In this document: positions 32,748 through 42,467 of the stretch, one piece after another
Layout: each line of letters starts with the position of its first letter
How positions within the stretch are numbered: the first letter of the stretch is position 1
From: an uncultured Methanoregulaceae archaeon
GTDB taxonomy: Archaea > Halobacteriota > Methanomicrobia > Methanomicrobiales > Methanospirillaceae
NCBI GenBank assembly: GCA_963705255.1
Contig: OY970061.1
Location: 672,001-736,000, forward strand
Reading direction: 5' to 3'
DNA length: 64,000 nt
The notes under the pieces: model-generated
The model's input: only the letters and a program-made list of their open reading frames with translations
Database searches by the model: none
What the model was told of the DNA's origin: nothing
Position numbers and translations under genes: made by a program

Positions 32748-33060
32748 TTTCCATTATGATATTTTTCCCACCCTGCTTTGCAGGGAGTCGGCGCGAGGCA
32801 TCGGAGTTTTGAGAAACTCCTCGTGTCTCATCTCTTCGAGATTCGACAAGTCAAAGATTGACATCTTCTCCAATCGGCCCTCGTTGATGCGACGGCCGAT
32901 TCTCACCGGGTCGCACCTGGGCAAGGTTCCTGATCAAGGTAAATGAGTGGCGCAAAACCCGACAGGTATCAGTCGTCGCATCTGCGAGGATTGATTCGAG
33001 AAGGTTAACCTTCGAGTCATTTTGCGCGTCGGGCATCGTACCGTAAGCAGATAATGGAAA
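32748..33060 (+). ncRNA. Candidate structured non-coding RNA, family unassigned
   Basis: At least eight consecutive stems, several with + strand G-U pairs; TATA-like ATTATATG at ~32729; no credible ORF. Confidence 0.6.
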
Positions 33061-33161
33061 AAACTCGGTTGAATTTTTCCATCAATGTCTGTTCAAAAGA
33101 ATTTCATCGGGAACAGTAAAAGATCTCTAATACCATTTCTGGAGTTGCTGTCGGACCCCGT

Positions 33162-34677
33162 TTATCCCTTCTTTCCCGGCTCGTACCGTTCGATCTTCCC
33201 GCAGGCAACCAGTTTCCCGTTTTCCAGGACCGACACGGCGCCATGACCGCCACAGATGAGGCAGCGCCTGCCGGATTTCGCAAGTTCCTGATCAGTTTCC
33301 AGGGCGAGCCCGAGCAGGGTCTTCCGTTCCTGTTTTGCCCGTTCGCTGTCGACGTTCACTGAGGTGACAAGGAACGCCGCAAGAGAGCTGTAGTCTGCCC
33401 GCTCCTTCGTGAGACTCCCGAAATTGATGACGCTGTCGGCAGCAAACAGCAGGCCATACAGCCGTGAATACAGGAAGACCTGCCCGCAGGTGTGGCCGCC
33501 GAGCCCGTCCAGCACCTCGAGGTCGAGGTCCCCGATTTGGACGGTGCCTATGACCGGAAAAATTCCCCGGGTCGTACCGGACGGACGGGAAAAGCAGGTG
33601 ATGGCAGGAGGAGTCCGGAACCGGGAGAACTGGTTGATCATCCGGGTATAAAATGCTTCGAGCACCGAATCTTCGCTCCGGGATCCATACGCACGGTTGT
33701 TTCGCCGGATAATCTCAAGGGTGTCCTCATGCATCAGCACCGGGACAGAAAAATATCCGGATGCCCCGCAATGGTCTGCATCGGCATGAGTCACAACGAT
33801 CCGCGAGAGCTTTTTCATCTCTCCCGCGTCATAGCGCGATAGCATTGCGAGGACGTCATTATGATAAATCCCATACCCGGTGTCGATCATCACCATCTCA
33901 TCCGGCGTCCGGATGAGGAATATGCTGCCCCCGCACGGGACCTGGAAACAGAACAGCGTGGTCCTGTCCGTGATGCAGAACTGCTGGACGTCGGCATAAA
34001 ACCCGTTACCGGTCGTTGCGTTCATCGTCCTGCCGGTGGCGAGCACGCTCTCGAATACCTGGTGGGGATCGCAGACCGCGGGCCATCAGGTCCTGCGCGA
34101 TATGGTTGGTATCGGCAAGGAATGAGAGGATGAATGCCTCCTCGGATTCGCCGATAAGGTCGCGGACCTCCTGGGCATACCGGACGTAAAAGACCGTATC
34201 GTCAAGGTGTTTTCCGGTCTTGTCATACTCGATGATCTCAAGCCGGTACCGGGACTTCAGCTGGTCGAGAAGCTGGTGTACGACAGCACTCTGTTCAAGG
34301 TTGAGGCTGACGGTGAGACGGTCAGGGTACCGGCCCCGGTCATCAAAATCAATACAGGCAATGTTTGCCCCGGCCGATGTCGTATAACTGAGAAATTCAT
34401 ACAGCGCCCCCGGCTGGTGCGGGAGGTACACACAGAACTTCAGGAAGTCCAGCGGCTTCAGCGAGGTCTGCAGGTAGCCGATATCGGCAAGGTCGCGGGT
34501 TATCCGGCTATAGGACTCCGCATCAGCGGTCACTTCATAAAATACCGTCCCGGGATCGATACGCCGGTCGAACTGGATGCGGTTGATATTCCCGTCGTAT
34601 TTTTTGATTATCTCTGCAGCCCGGTGAAGCGAACCCGGTTCATCCGGCATATGCGCAATGAAAGAAAATTTCTCCAT
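33162..34677 (-). CDS. ACT-domain + metallo-beta-lactamase-fold protein; frameshift near 34075
   Basis: Two ACT-like starts (PDEPGSL, PHQPGAL), IDTG, THADADH, GHT, ICGGHG across two frames. Confidence 0.75.
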
Positions 34678-34758
34678 AAGCTCCCGGTTGTGGGATCAGC
34701 ATTGTCCCTTGACGTCGATATACCTATGGTCTTTTTTAAATCCAAAAAAAAGAAAAAA

Positions 34759-35835
34759 TCAGCGCTTGGACCGGCGCACCGATACTGCAATTGCCAGTGC
34801 AGCAGCGATCAGGACACCGAGCACAGGAACCAGCACCGGGAGAGGAACGGGAGACGCGCTCTTGACCAGGGCCGGGGAGACCGTAACGGTCTCCCCTGCT
34901 TTGACCGTGACCTGTATCGAGTACGGCAGGTATCCTGAGGCATTGAGACCGACCGTGTGATCACCCGCAGGGATATTCTCAAGGTTTATTGGTGTCTGCC
35001 CCTTCATGATAGAGTCCACGGAGACCGAGGCCCCGGCAGGAGTTGAAGTAACGGCGATCGTGCCGGTCACCGGACCGGTTACCGGGGGCGTTGCAGGTAC
35101 CAGCGGCGTGGGGGCAGCGGTCACGTTCGATGCCGGGGCCTGCGGAGATACGACCTGCAGGGTAGTCCGGTACGTGGCGGCTGTGGTCGGACTGTCGAGG
35201 GTGACCGTGTAAGAGCCCGGCTGCATATCGATATGGAAGCCCTGGTTGAAGTATCCGGTAGCACTCACCGGAGTGTAGAATGTATGCAAGACCTGTCCAC
35301 TGCCGTCGGTTATCTGCAGCCTGACACTCTCGACATTATTTCTTGCGGTCCCCACGAACTGGACATAGTCCCCGGTTTCAGGCGTTGCCGGGGTCACCGA
35401 GAAGTAGAAATCGGGTTTATCCATCATGACTGATATTGTTGAGGAGTCTGCAGGATTTGAAAGGTCCACCGCAGTTATATAATACCGTGCTGTCTGCAAC
35501 AGTTCCATTCCATTCACCATGGACGTATCCCAGTCATATTGCCACGACCCGTCCGGGTTGGATATGGCCGGGTTTCCCGTGCCCGGAGTACCTTTCAGGT
35601 CCATGAGCGGGACTCCCTCGGCCGGCAACCCGGGACCGGTAATTTTCAAAAACGTGACATTCCCGACGGTGTTTTGCCCATCGAAAATGACCATGTTTCC
35701 GATATATATCCCGCCAGCGCCACGATAGGTAATTGAGACAGAACCCCCATCAGCAGATACCGCTTGGACGATGCATACTGCTGCGACGAGCAGTACCAGA
35801 ACCGGGATCTTCCTGTTCGTATGGATTACACCCAT
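34759..35835 (-). CDS. Cell-surface PEGA-domain protein with C-terminal sorting-signal-like TM
   Basis: Signal peptide, Pro/Thr linker, VTSTPAGASVSVD..GQTP PEGA pattern, TM helix plus RRSKR tail. Confidence 0.8.
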   Translation of the reverse strand: MGVIHTNRKIPVLVLLVAAVCIVQAVSADGGSVSITYRGAGGIYIGNMVIFDGQNTVGNVTFLKITGPGLPAEGVPLMDLKGTPGTGNPAISNPDGSWQYDWDTSMVNGMELLQTARYYITAVDLSNPADSSTISVMMDKPDFYFSVTPATPETGDYVQFVGTARNNVESVRLQITDGSGQVLHTFYTPVSATGYFNQGFHIDMQPGSYTVTLDSPTTAATYRTTLQVVSPQAPASNVTAAPTPLVPATPPVTGPVTGTIAVTSTPAGASVSVDSIMKGQTPINLENIPAGDHTVGLNASGYLPYSIQVTVKAGETVTVSPALVKSASPVPLPVLVPVLGVLIAAALAIAVSVRRSKR

Positions 35836-35977
35836 TTTTAACCTCTCGATGTACAGGATATCATTTAAAAAGAATATATAATTTTGTTATTGAAGGGCAT
35901 TTTTTAAAAACAAGCCAGTATCCTGACCCTTCTCCGGTATCCCGTGACGAAACTATATCTAGGTTACCGGGCAACCC

Positions 35978-38029
35978 ATGATCAGAGGGAACCTGAAAAT
36001 GCCCGACGTGGAATTGGCCAAAAAACAGGGTGAAGACCTGTTGAAAACACGAGTTTTTACAGTACGGCAGTCATTCTCCTACGAAGAGACGGCATACCAC
36101 CTTCCGATCTCGTATGCGCTGACGGGGGTTCCGGTTCATGACCGGAAAGCCGCGCTCGACGTTTATTCCCGGACCGGCAGCAACCCCCTCGTTGCATCGG
36201 AGAGCATCCTGGCTGATATGACCGCGGTCGCGGGAAAGGAACCCGCCCCCTATACCGGTTTTATCAGCGACACCGTCATCCGCAAGCTTGGGTATTCCCT
36301 CGTTGACGGGAGCATCCTCGGTCTTGCCCTTGTCGTCGGGACCCCGCGGAATGCCGGTATGGCAGCAGCGGTCTGCCGCGAACTGCAGGAAAAATACATG
36401 CTCACCTTCCTTGCCGGCAAGGTCATCCCGGCCCTGTCCGGTGCCGGTGTCAGGCTCGGCCTCGAATACCGCCTCATTCCCCTCGGGTCAACACCGTTTT
36501 ACGGTGTGCATTTCGTGGATATCATCGCCCGGGTGGCGATGATGTTCGGGGGCGTCCCGCCGGGTGATACCCACCGGCTCCTGACCTATGCTGCCGAACG
36601 TGCCCGGGCGATCGTCATCGTCTTCCCCGGCCTGACCGATGAAGAGATCGCCCTTGTCGACGGCATGCGGGTGCTCGGGTTCCCCATCCTGACTCCCGGG
36701 GGTTACCAGGGGGGTTCCTGGATACAGGCAGGCCCGGAGGATATTGTCCGGAAGGGGATGGAAGAGAGAGGGATCCGGGTCAATGTCACCGCAATCCCGA
36801 TCCCCATGGGCTGTTCCCCGGCTTTTGAGGGGAAGAGCATCCGCAAGGAAGAGATGTACGTGGAATTCGGCGGGGGCAGGTCTCCTGCTTTTGAGCTGCT
36901 CAGGATGCGCATGCCAGAGGAGATCAGGGACGGGCAGGTGACGGTCATCGGCCCTGAGATCGGGACCATGAAGGAAGGATCTGCAAACCCCCTTGGCATC
37001 ATCATCGAGGTTGCCGGCAGGACCATGAAAAAAGATTACGAGCCGGTGCTGGAGAGGAGGATCCACAACTTCGTCAACTATGGGGAGGGGTCGTGGCACG
37101 TGGCCCAGCGGGACATCATCTGGGTGAGGATCTCGAAGGAGGCCGTTGCAAAAGGCGTCAGGATCGAGCATATCGGAAAGCTGCTGGCCAGCAAATTCCG
37201 GATGGATTTTCCCCAGCTGCTCGACGCGGTCTCGGTCACGCTGATCACGGATGAGAAAAAAGTCCTTGCCGCAAAGAAAGAGGCCGAGGAGGTATATGAC
37301 GAACGCGATGCCCGCATCAAGGGGATGCGGGACCAGGACGTTGATACCTACTACTCCTGCACCCTGTGCCAGACCTTTGCCCCCAACCATGTCTGCGTCA
37401 TCACGCCGGAACGCCCGGCTCTCTGCGGCGCGATCAGCTGGCTCGACGGGAAAATAGCCTTCGAGATGTCGCCGGCCGGGGCGAACCAGCCGGTCGAAAA
37501 AGGAGCGGCCCTGAACGTCCAGAACGGCGAATTCGAAGGGGTGAACCGCTTTATCAAGAAAGCCAGCCACGGGGAGATCGAACGGTGTTCGCTCTACAGT
37601 GTCATGGAATACCCGATGACCTGCTGCGGCTGTTTCGAGGCCATTGCCCTGATGCTGCCGGAAGTGAACGGGATCATGGTAGTGAACCGGGAGTTCAAGG
37701 GAATGACACCCTCGGGCATGACCTTCTCCACGCTTGCCGGGACGATCGGCGGCGGTGCCCAGACACCGGGGTTTGCCGGTATCTCGAAAAATTACATCCT
37801 CTCGGACCGGTTCCTCCAGGGAGAGGGGGGGATCGAGCGGCTGGTATGGATGCCCTCCCAGCTCAAAGAGGAACTCAAGGACCGGCTCATGAATAAAATC
37901 GCAGAGAAAGGGCTTGTCGGCCTCTTCGAGAAGATCGCGGACGAGACGATGGCCGCGACAATCGAGGATCTCGCGGCATTTCTCGAGAAGGTGCAGCACC
38001 CGGCTCTCGGTATGAAACCGCTGGTGTGA
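35978..38029 (+). CDS. acsB: Acetyl-CoA synthase, long bacterial-type AcsB
   Basis: A-cluster ligands SCTLCQTFAPNHVC..LCG and PMTCCGCFEAI; N-terminal TAYHLP and YTGFISD motifs of the bacterial N-domain; 683 aa. Confidence 0.92.
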   Translation: MIRGNLKMPDVELAKKQGEDLLKTRVFTVRQSFSYEETAYHLPISYALTGVPVHDRKAALDVYSRTGSNPLVASESILADMTAVAGKEPAPYTGFISDTVIRKLGYSLVDGSILGLALVVGTPRNAGMAAAVCRELQEKYMLTFLAGKVIPALSGAGVRLGLEYRLIPLGSTPFYGVHFVDIIARVAMMFGGVPPGDTHRLLTYAAERARAIVIVFPGLTDEEIALVDGMRVLGFPILTPGGYQGGSWIQAGPEDIVRKGMEERGIRVNVTAIPIPMGCSPAFEGKSIRKEEMYVEFGGGRSPAFELLRMRMPEEIRDGQVTVIGPEIGTMKEGSANPLGIIIEVAGRTMKKDYEPVLERRIHNFVNYGEGSWHVAQRDIIWVRISKEAVAKGVRIEHIGKLLASKFRMDFPQLLDAVSVTLITDEKKVLAAKKEAEEVYDERDARIKGMRDQDVDTYYSCTLCQTFAPNHVCVITPERPALCGAISWLDGKIAFEMSPAGANQPVEKGAALNVQNGEFEGVNRFIKKASHGEIERCSLYSVMEYPMTCCGCFEAIALMLPEVNGIMVVNREFKGMTPSGMTFSTLAGTIGGGAQTPGFAGISKNYILSDRFLQGEGGIERLVWMPSQLKEELKDRLMNKIAEKGLVGLFEKIADETMAATIEDLAAFLEKVQHPALGMKPLV

Positions 38030-38033
38030 GACC

Positions 38034-38990
38034 ATGAGCTTCGACCTGAATTTCGGCTGGACCTCGACCATCGGGGAAGTCGTACTCGGCGCAACGAAGG
38101 CTGATGGCGGGACACGGAGACTCTCGTACCGGATCGGCGGCGGAAAAACACTCCCCTTCCTGGAGAGCCGGGCAGACTCCCCCTCTCCCCTCATCGCCCT
38201 CGAGATCTGCGACTACCTCCCGTTCTGGTCGCCGATCGTGAAGAATTACTGCGGGGACCTGGTCAACAGTGTCGGCGAGTGGGCAAAAGCGGCCGACGCT
38301 TCCTATGGTGCCGACCTCATCCGGCTGTACCTGACCAGCACCCGGCAGCGAAACTTCTCGGATATCGCAACGCTTGGAAAAACGGTCGAAGACGTCCTGT
38401 CGGCATCCAGCCTCCCGCTCGTGATCGAAGGGAGCAACGAGCCGAAGATCGACAGCGAGGTCTTCCAGACGTGCGGCGAGGTGGCGCAGGGGGAGCGCCT
38501 CCTTCTCGGCACCGCGGAAGCAGGGAAGTACCGGAGCGTAGCTGCAGCCGCCCTTGCCTACAACCACTCCATCATCGCCCAGTCGCCAATAGACATCAAC
38601 CTGGCAAAGCAGCTCAATATCCTCCTGAAGGAGATCGGAGTCCAGCGGGACTACATCGTGATCGACCCGTACACCGGCGCCCTCGGCTACGGGTTCGAGT
38701 ATTCCTATTCGGCAATGGAGCGGATCCGGTTCTCCGCCCTCAAGGGGGATGCCGATCTCGCTATGCCGATGATCTGCTCCGCGATCGATTCGCTCACCAT
38801 CAAGGAGGTGCGGGAAGCCGAACCCGGACTCCAGGACGAGATGGCGACCCGGTGGGAGTTTTACACCGGTATCGCGGCAGCGGCGGCCGGCGCTGAGATC
38901 GTCTGCGTACGCCACCCTGGCACCATCCCCCTTCTCCGGAAGGCATTCACCGACATGAAAAAATCTGCAGGCCCCGCGGAGATGCAATAA
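38034..38990 (+). CDS. acsD: Corrinoid iron-sulfur protein small subunit (AcsD/CdhD)
   Basis: IGEVVLGAT..GGTR, SPIDINLAKQLN, GALGYGFEYSYSAMERIR. Confidence 0.93.
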   Translation: MSFDLNFGWTSTIGEVVLGATKADGGTRRLSYRIGGGKTLPFLESRADSPSPLIALEICDYLPFWSPIVKNYCGDLVNSVGEWAKAADASYGADLIRLYLTSTRQRNFSDIATLGKTVEDVLSASSLPLVIEGSNEPKIDSEVFQTCGEVAQGERLLLGTAEAGKYRSVAAAALAYNHSIIAQSPIDINLAKQLNILLKEIGVQRDYIVIDPYTGALGYGFEYSYSAMERIRFSALKGDADLAMPMICSAIDSLTIKEVREAEPGLQDEMATRWEFYTGIAAAAAGAEIVCVRHPGTIPLLRKAFTDMKKSAGPAEMQ

Positions 38991-40342
38991 TGGCACTCAA
39001 GGCACTGGACATCTATAAGCTCCTCCCGAAGAAGAACTGCAAGGAGTGCGGCGACCCGACCTGCCTCACCTTTGCCATGAAACTTGCCGGCGGGAAGGCA
39101 GACGTTGACCTCTGCCCGTACCTGAGCGAGGAGGCAAAATCCGTTCTCGGGGCGAGCACCCGGCCGCCCATACGGCTCGTGAGGGTCGGGGTCGGCGAGC
39201 GGTTCTTCAAGGTGGGGGAAGAGACGGTTCTGTACCGGCACGAGAAGACCTTCTACCACCCTCCCGGTATCGTCTTCCGGGTCCGCGATACGCAGGCGGC
39301 TCCGGAGATCGCTGCAGTCACCCGCCGGGTGCGGGACGAGACCTTCACCCGCGTGGGTGCCGATCTCCGCTTCAGCGGCATCGCCATCGAGAATACCAGC
39401 GGGTCGGCAGAAACGTTCGCAAAGGCGGTTGCGGCTGTCGAGGCGGAACAGGCCCACCTCCCTCCCGTGCTCATTGCGAAGGATCCTGCAGCGCTCAAGG
39501 CAGGCCTCGTCCACTGCGGCTCCTACCGTCCGCTCCTCCACGCGGCGAATAAGGAAAATTTCCGGGAGATGTGTGCACTTGCGAAGCAGTACGGGTGCCC
39601 GCTGGTCATCCGGGCTGCAACGCCCGAAGGACTCGTCCAGCTGGTGAAAGACTGCACAGCAGAAGGAGTGCAGGACCTCATGCTCGATCCCGCACCGGAG
39701 ACGCTCGGGGCGTTCATCACCCGCTCCACGCTGATACGTCAGCTCGCGATCACGCGTTCGGTCCCCGAGCTCGGGTATCCTGTTTTTCTCGATTCCACCC
39801 TGACCGGGCAGCAGGACGCAGCAATCGCACTGGGCATCGTCAAATATGCCTCGGTCATCGTGACCGACCCCCTCGCACCAGGCCCGGCGAAGGCCGCCCT
39901 CACCCTCCGGCAGAACATCTACACCGATCCCCAGAAGCCGATCCAGATGAACCCGGGGCTGTACCGGGTCGGGACCCCGGACAAGGACGCGCCGGTCCTG
40001 ATGACGGTGAACTTCTCGCTCACCTTCTTCACGCTTCAGGGGTACCTCGAGTCTACCCGGATCCCCTGCTTCATGCTGATCGTCGATACCGAGGGAATGT
40101 CGGTCCTGACCGCGGTCGCGGCAGGAAAACTGAACGAGTTCCTGGTCCGGGACGCGATCAGGAAGTTCGGGGTGGAGAGCGAGGTTTCCCACCGGAAGCT
40201 GATCATTCCCGGGTATGCCTCGCCGCTTTCAGGGCAGATCGAGGAGGCGACCGGCTGGAAGGTGCTCGTCGGCCCCCGCGACGCCGCCGAGATCGGGGAG
40301 TTCCTCCACGAGGAGTGGAAGAAGCAGGCCGGGACGCAATGA
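38990..40342 (+). CDS. acsC: Corrinoid iron-sulfur protein large subunit (AcsC/CdhE)
   Basis: LLPKKNCKECGDPTCLTFA..CPY Fe-S motif, YRHEKTF, RQNIYTDPQKP, LIIPGYA. Confidence 0.95.
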   Translation: MALKALDIYKLLPKKNCKECGDPTCLTFAMKLAGGKADVDLCPYLSEEAKSVLGASTRPPIRLVRVGVGERFFKVGEETVLYRHEKTFYHPPGIVFRVRDTQAAPEIAAVTRRVRDETFTRVGADLRFSGIAIENTSGSAETFAKAVAAVEAEQAHLPPVLIAKDPAALKAGLVHCGSYRPLLHAANKENFREMCALAKQYGCPLVIRAATPEGLVQLVKDCTAEGVQDLMLDPAPETLGAFITRSTLIRQLAITRSVPELGYPVFLDSTLTGQQDAAIALGIVKYASVIVTDPLAPGPAKAALTLRQNIYTDPQKPIQMNPGLYRVGTPDKDAPVLMTVNFSLTFFTLQGYLESTRIPCFMLIVDTEGMSVLTAVAAGKLNEFLVRDAIRKFGVESEVSHRKLIIPGYASPLSGQIEEATGWKVLVGPRDAAEIGEFLHEEWKKQAGTQ

Positions 40343-40560
40343 TTTTCTGGATCCCAGCCCGAAAAGACCACCTCTCCCTCATCCATTCCGCGGTGTCCGG
40401 GATCGTCCGGAGGGTGCGGAAGGAGGGGAAAGGGCAGGGAATAATTGCTCAACAAAGAATCCTGATGGATTCGTCTCGTCTTTGTGGTCCTGATGGATCA
40501 CGAAAGACACCGCAGGCTATTTGACCCTTATATCCCAATCTCTGTTAAGGAACTACCAGC

Positions 40561-42462
40561 ATGCGTACCGTTACCTTCCTTCCCAGTTATCGCAAGATCG
40601 AAGTGGAACCGGGGACAACCATCCTCGATGCAGCCCAGCGGGCAGGGCTGAACATAAACGTAGTCTGTGGCGGGCAGGGCAAATGCGGCAAATGCGTTGT
40701 GTTCATCCAGTCGGGAAAAGTTGAATTCGACCGCCAGAAATACGGGCGGTTCTTTTCCGAGGCCGAACTCCAGAAAGGAGCCTGTCTCGCATGCGAGGGG
40801 TCCGTCCAGGGAGACATCCATATTGTCATTCCCGAGACAACGCTGATCCAGGAGCAGAAGATCCTTGTTGAAGGCGTCGAGAACCGGATCGATTTCCACC
40901 CGTCCGTGAAAAAATATTATGTCGAGCTCCAGCCCCCGAGCCTTGCCGACCCGTCACCGGACCTGTCACGGCTCCTCTGGGGCATCCAGAAGAGTGGCGG
41001 GCCGGTGGCAGAGAAGATGTACGCACCGCTCGAGGTGCTCCGCGAGATCCCCGGGATCCTGCGCCACAGTGAATGGAAAGTGACCGGCACCATCGGCCTC
41101 GTGCCCGGCGGCTACCGCCTCCTCGACCTCCAGGAGAACGATACCTCCTCGCGGGTCTTCGGGGCAGCCGTAGACCTCGGCTCCACGACCGTCGTCGTGT
41201 ATCTCTGGGACCTCGTCACGGGAAAGGTTGTCAGTGTTGCATCGAACTATAACAAGCAGATCAGCTGCGGCGAGGACATCCTTGCCCGGGTGAACTTCGC
41301 ACGAAAGAACGGCCTTGCGAAACTCCAGTCACTTGCGGCGGAGAGCATCAACCAGGCGCTCACCACTGCATCCAACACCGCCGGGATCGACCGCGAGGAC
41401 ATCTACGAAGTGGTTGTTGCAGGAAACACGGTCATGACGCATATGCTGCTCGGCATCGACCCGGCCTACATGATAGCCGAACCCTATGTCCCGGTCGTCA
41501 GGCGGGCCCTCTCGGTGGCTGCGGGCAGGATCGGCATCACCTGCAACCCGAACGGCGGGCTCTTTGTCTTCCCGGCCGTCAGTGACTTCATCGGGGGCGA
41601 CATCATATCCGATATCCTGGCCTGCGGCATGAACGAACGGGAGGAGATCTCGCTCCTGATCGATATCGGCACCAACTTCGAGGTCGTGCTCGGCAACAGG
41701 GAATGGATGTTCTCCTGCGCCGGTGCCGCCGGGCCTGCTCTCGAAGGCGGCGAAGTCCTCTTCGGCATGAGGGCAAATCCGGGTGCGATCGAGAAGCTCA
41801 CGATCGACCCTGCGACCCTCGACCCCACGTACTCCACCATCAACGGTATCAGACCGCGGGGGATCTGCGGATCGGGCCTGATCGACCTGCTCGCCGAACT
41901 GCTGGCAGCCTGCGTGATTGACAGGACAGGGCGCATCAATACCGAGATCAGCAACCCGCGTATCCGGAAGACCGCCCATTTCCCGGAGTTTGTGATCGCA
42001 TGGGCGGATGAGACCGAGATCAACAAGGAGATCGTCATTACGGAGAACGATATCAAGAACCTGATCATGAGCAAAGCCTCGGTCCACGCGGCCTGCGTGA
42101 CCCTGATGAAGGAAGCCGGCGTCTCCCGTCGCGAGATATCCACCATCTATTTTGCCGGGGCTTTTGGGAATTACCTTGACAAGAAGAATGCCACCACCAT
42201 CGGCCTGATCCCCGAGATTGATCCCGACCAGATCAGGAACATCGGGAACGGTGCCGTGGCCGGTGCCAATATCGCGCTCATCAACCGGCGGACGAGAAAG
42301 ATTCTGGACGAAATCGCTTACAAGATCGCGTATATCGAGCTGAACGCGGAGAGCTCGTTCATGGACGAGTACACCTCGAGCTCGTTCCTCCCGCACACCG
42401 ATCTCTCGCTCTTCCCGATGGTGCAGAAGATGCTGGACGAGTGCCGTATCCGGAAGGCCTGA
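40561..42462 (+). CDS. acsV: Reductive activator of corrinoid proteins (RACo/AcsV; 2Fe-2S + ASKHA ATPase)
   Basis: CGGQGKCGKC..LAC, DLGSTT, DIGTN, AAGPALEG, GICGSG, AGAFG. Confidence 0.9.
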   Translation: MRTVTFLPSYRKIEVEPGTTILDAAQRAGLNINVVCGGQGKCGKCVVFIQSGKVEFDRQKYGRFFSEAELQKGACLACEGSVQGDIHIVIPETTLIQEQKILVEGVENRIDFHPSVKKYYVELQPPSLADPSPDLSRLLWGIQKSGGPVAEKMYAPLEVLREIPGILRHSEWKVTGTIGLVPGGYRLLDLQENDTSSRVFGAAVDLGSTTVVVYLWDLVTGKVVSVASNYNKQISCGEDILARVNFARKNGLAKLQSLAAESINQALTTASNTAGIDREDIYEVVVAGNTVMTHMLLGIDPAYMIAEPYVPVVRRALSVAAGRIGITCNPNGGLFVFPAVSDFIGGDIISDILACGMNEREEISLLIDIGTNFEVVLGNREWMFSCAGAAGPALEGGEVLFGMRANPGAIEKLTIDPATLDPTYSTINGIRPRGICGSGLIDLLAELLAACVIDRTGRINTEISNPRIRKTAHFPEFVIAWADETEINKEIVITENDIKNLIMSKASVHAACVTLMKEAGVSRREISTIYFAGAFGNYLDKKNATTIGLIPEIDPDQIRNIGNGAVAGANIALINRRTRKILDEIAYKIAYIELNAESSFMDEYTSSSFLPHTDLSLFPMVQKMLDECRIRKA

Positions 42463-42467
42463 ACAGC

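Noticed and set aside
32748-33060. RNase P RNA, SRP RNA or group II intron; ORFs 32734-32946 and 32851-33036
   Set aside because: No GAGGAAAGTCC/ACAGAA..GGCTTA, SRP helix-8 or domain V motifs seen on either strand; the short ORFs have no recognisable features.
40478-40508. Hammerhead ribozyme (CTGATG...GAAA)
   Set aside because: Core reads CTGATGG rather than CTGATGA, and stems I and II cannot form.
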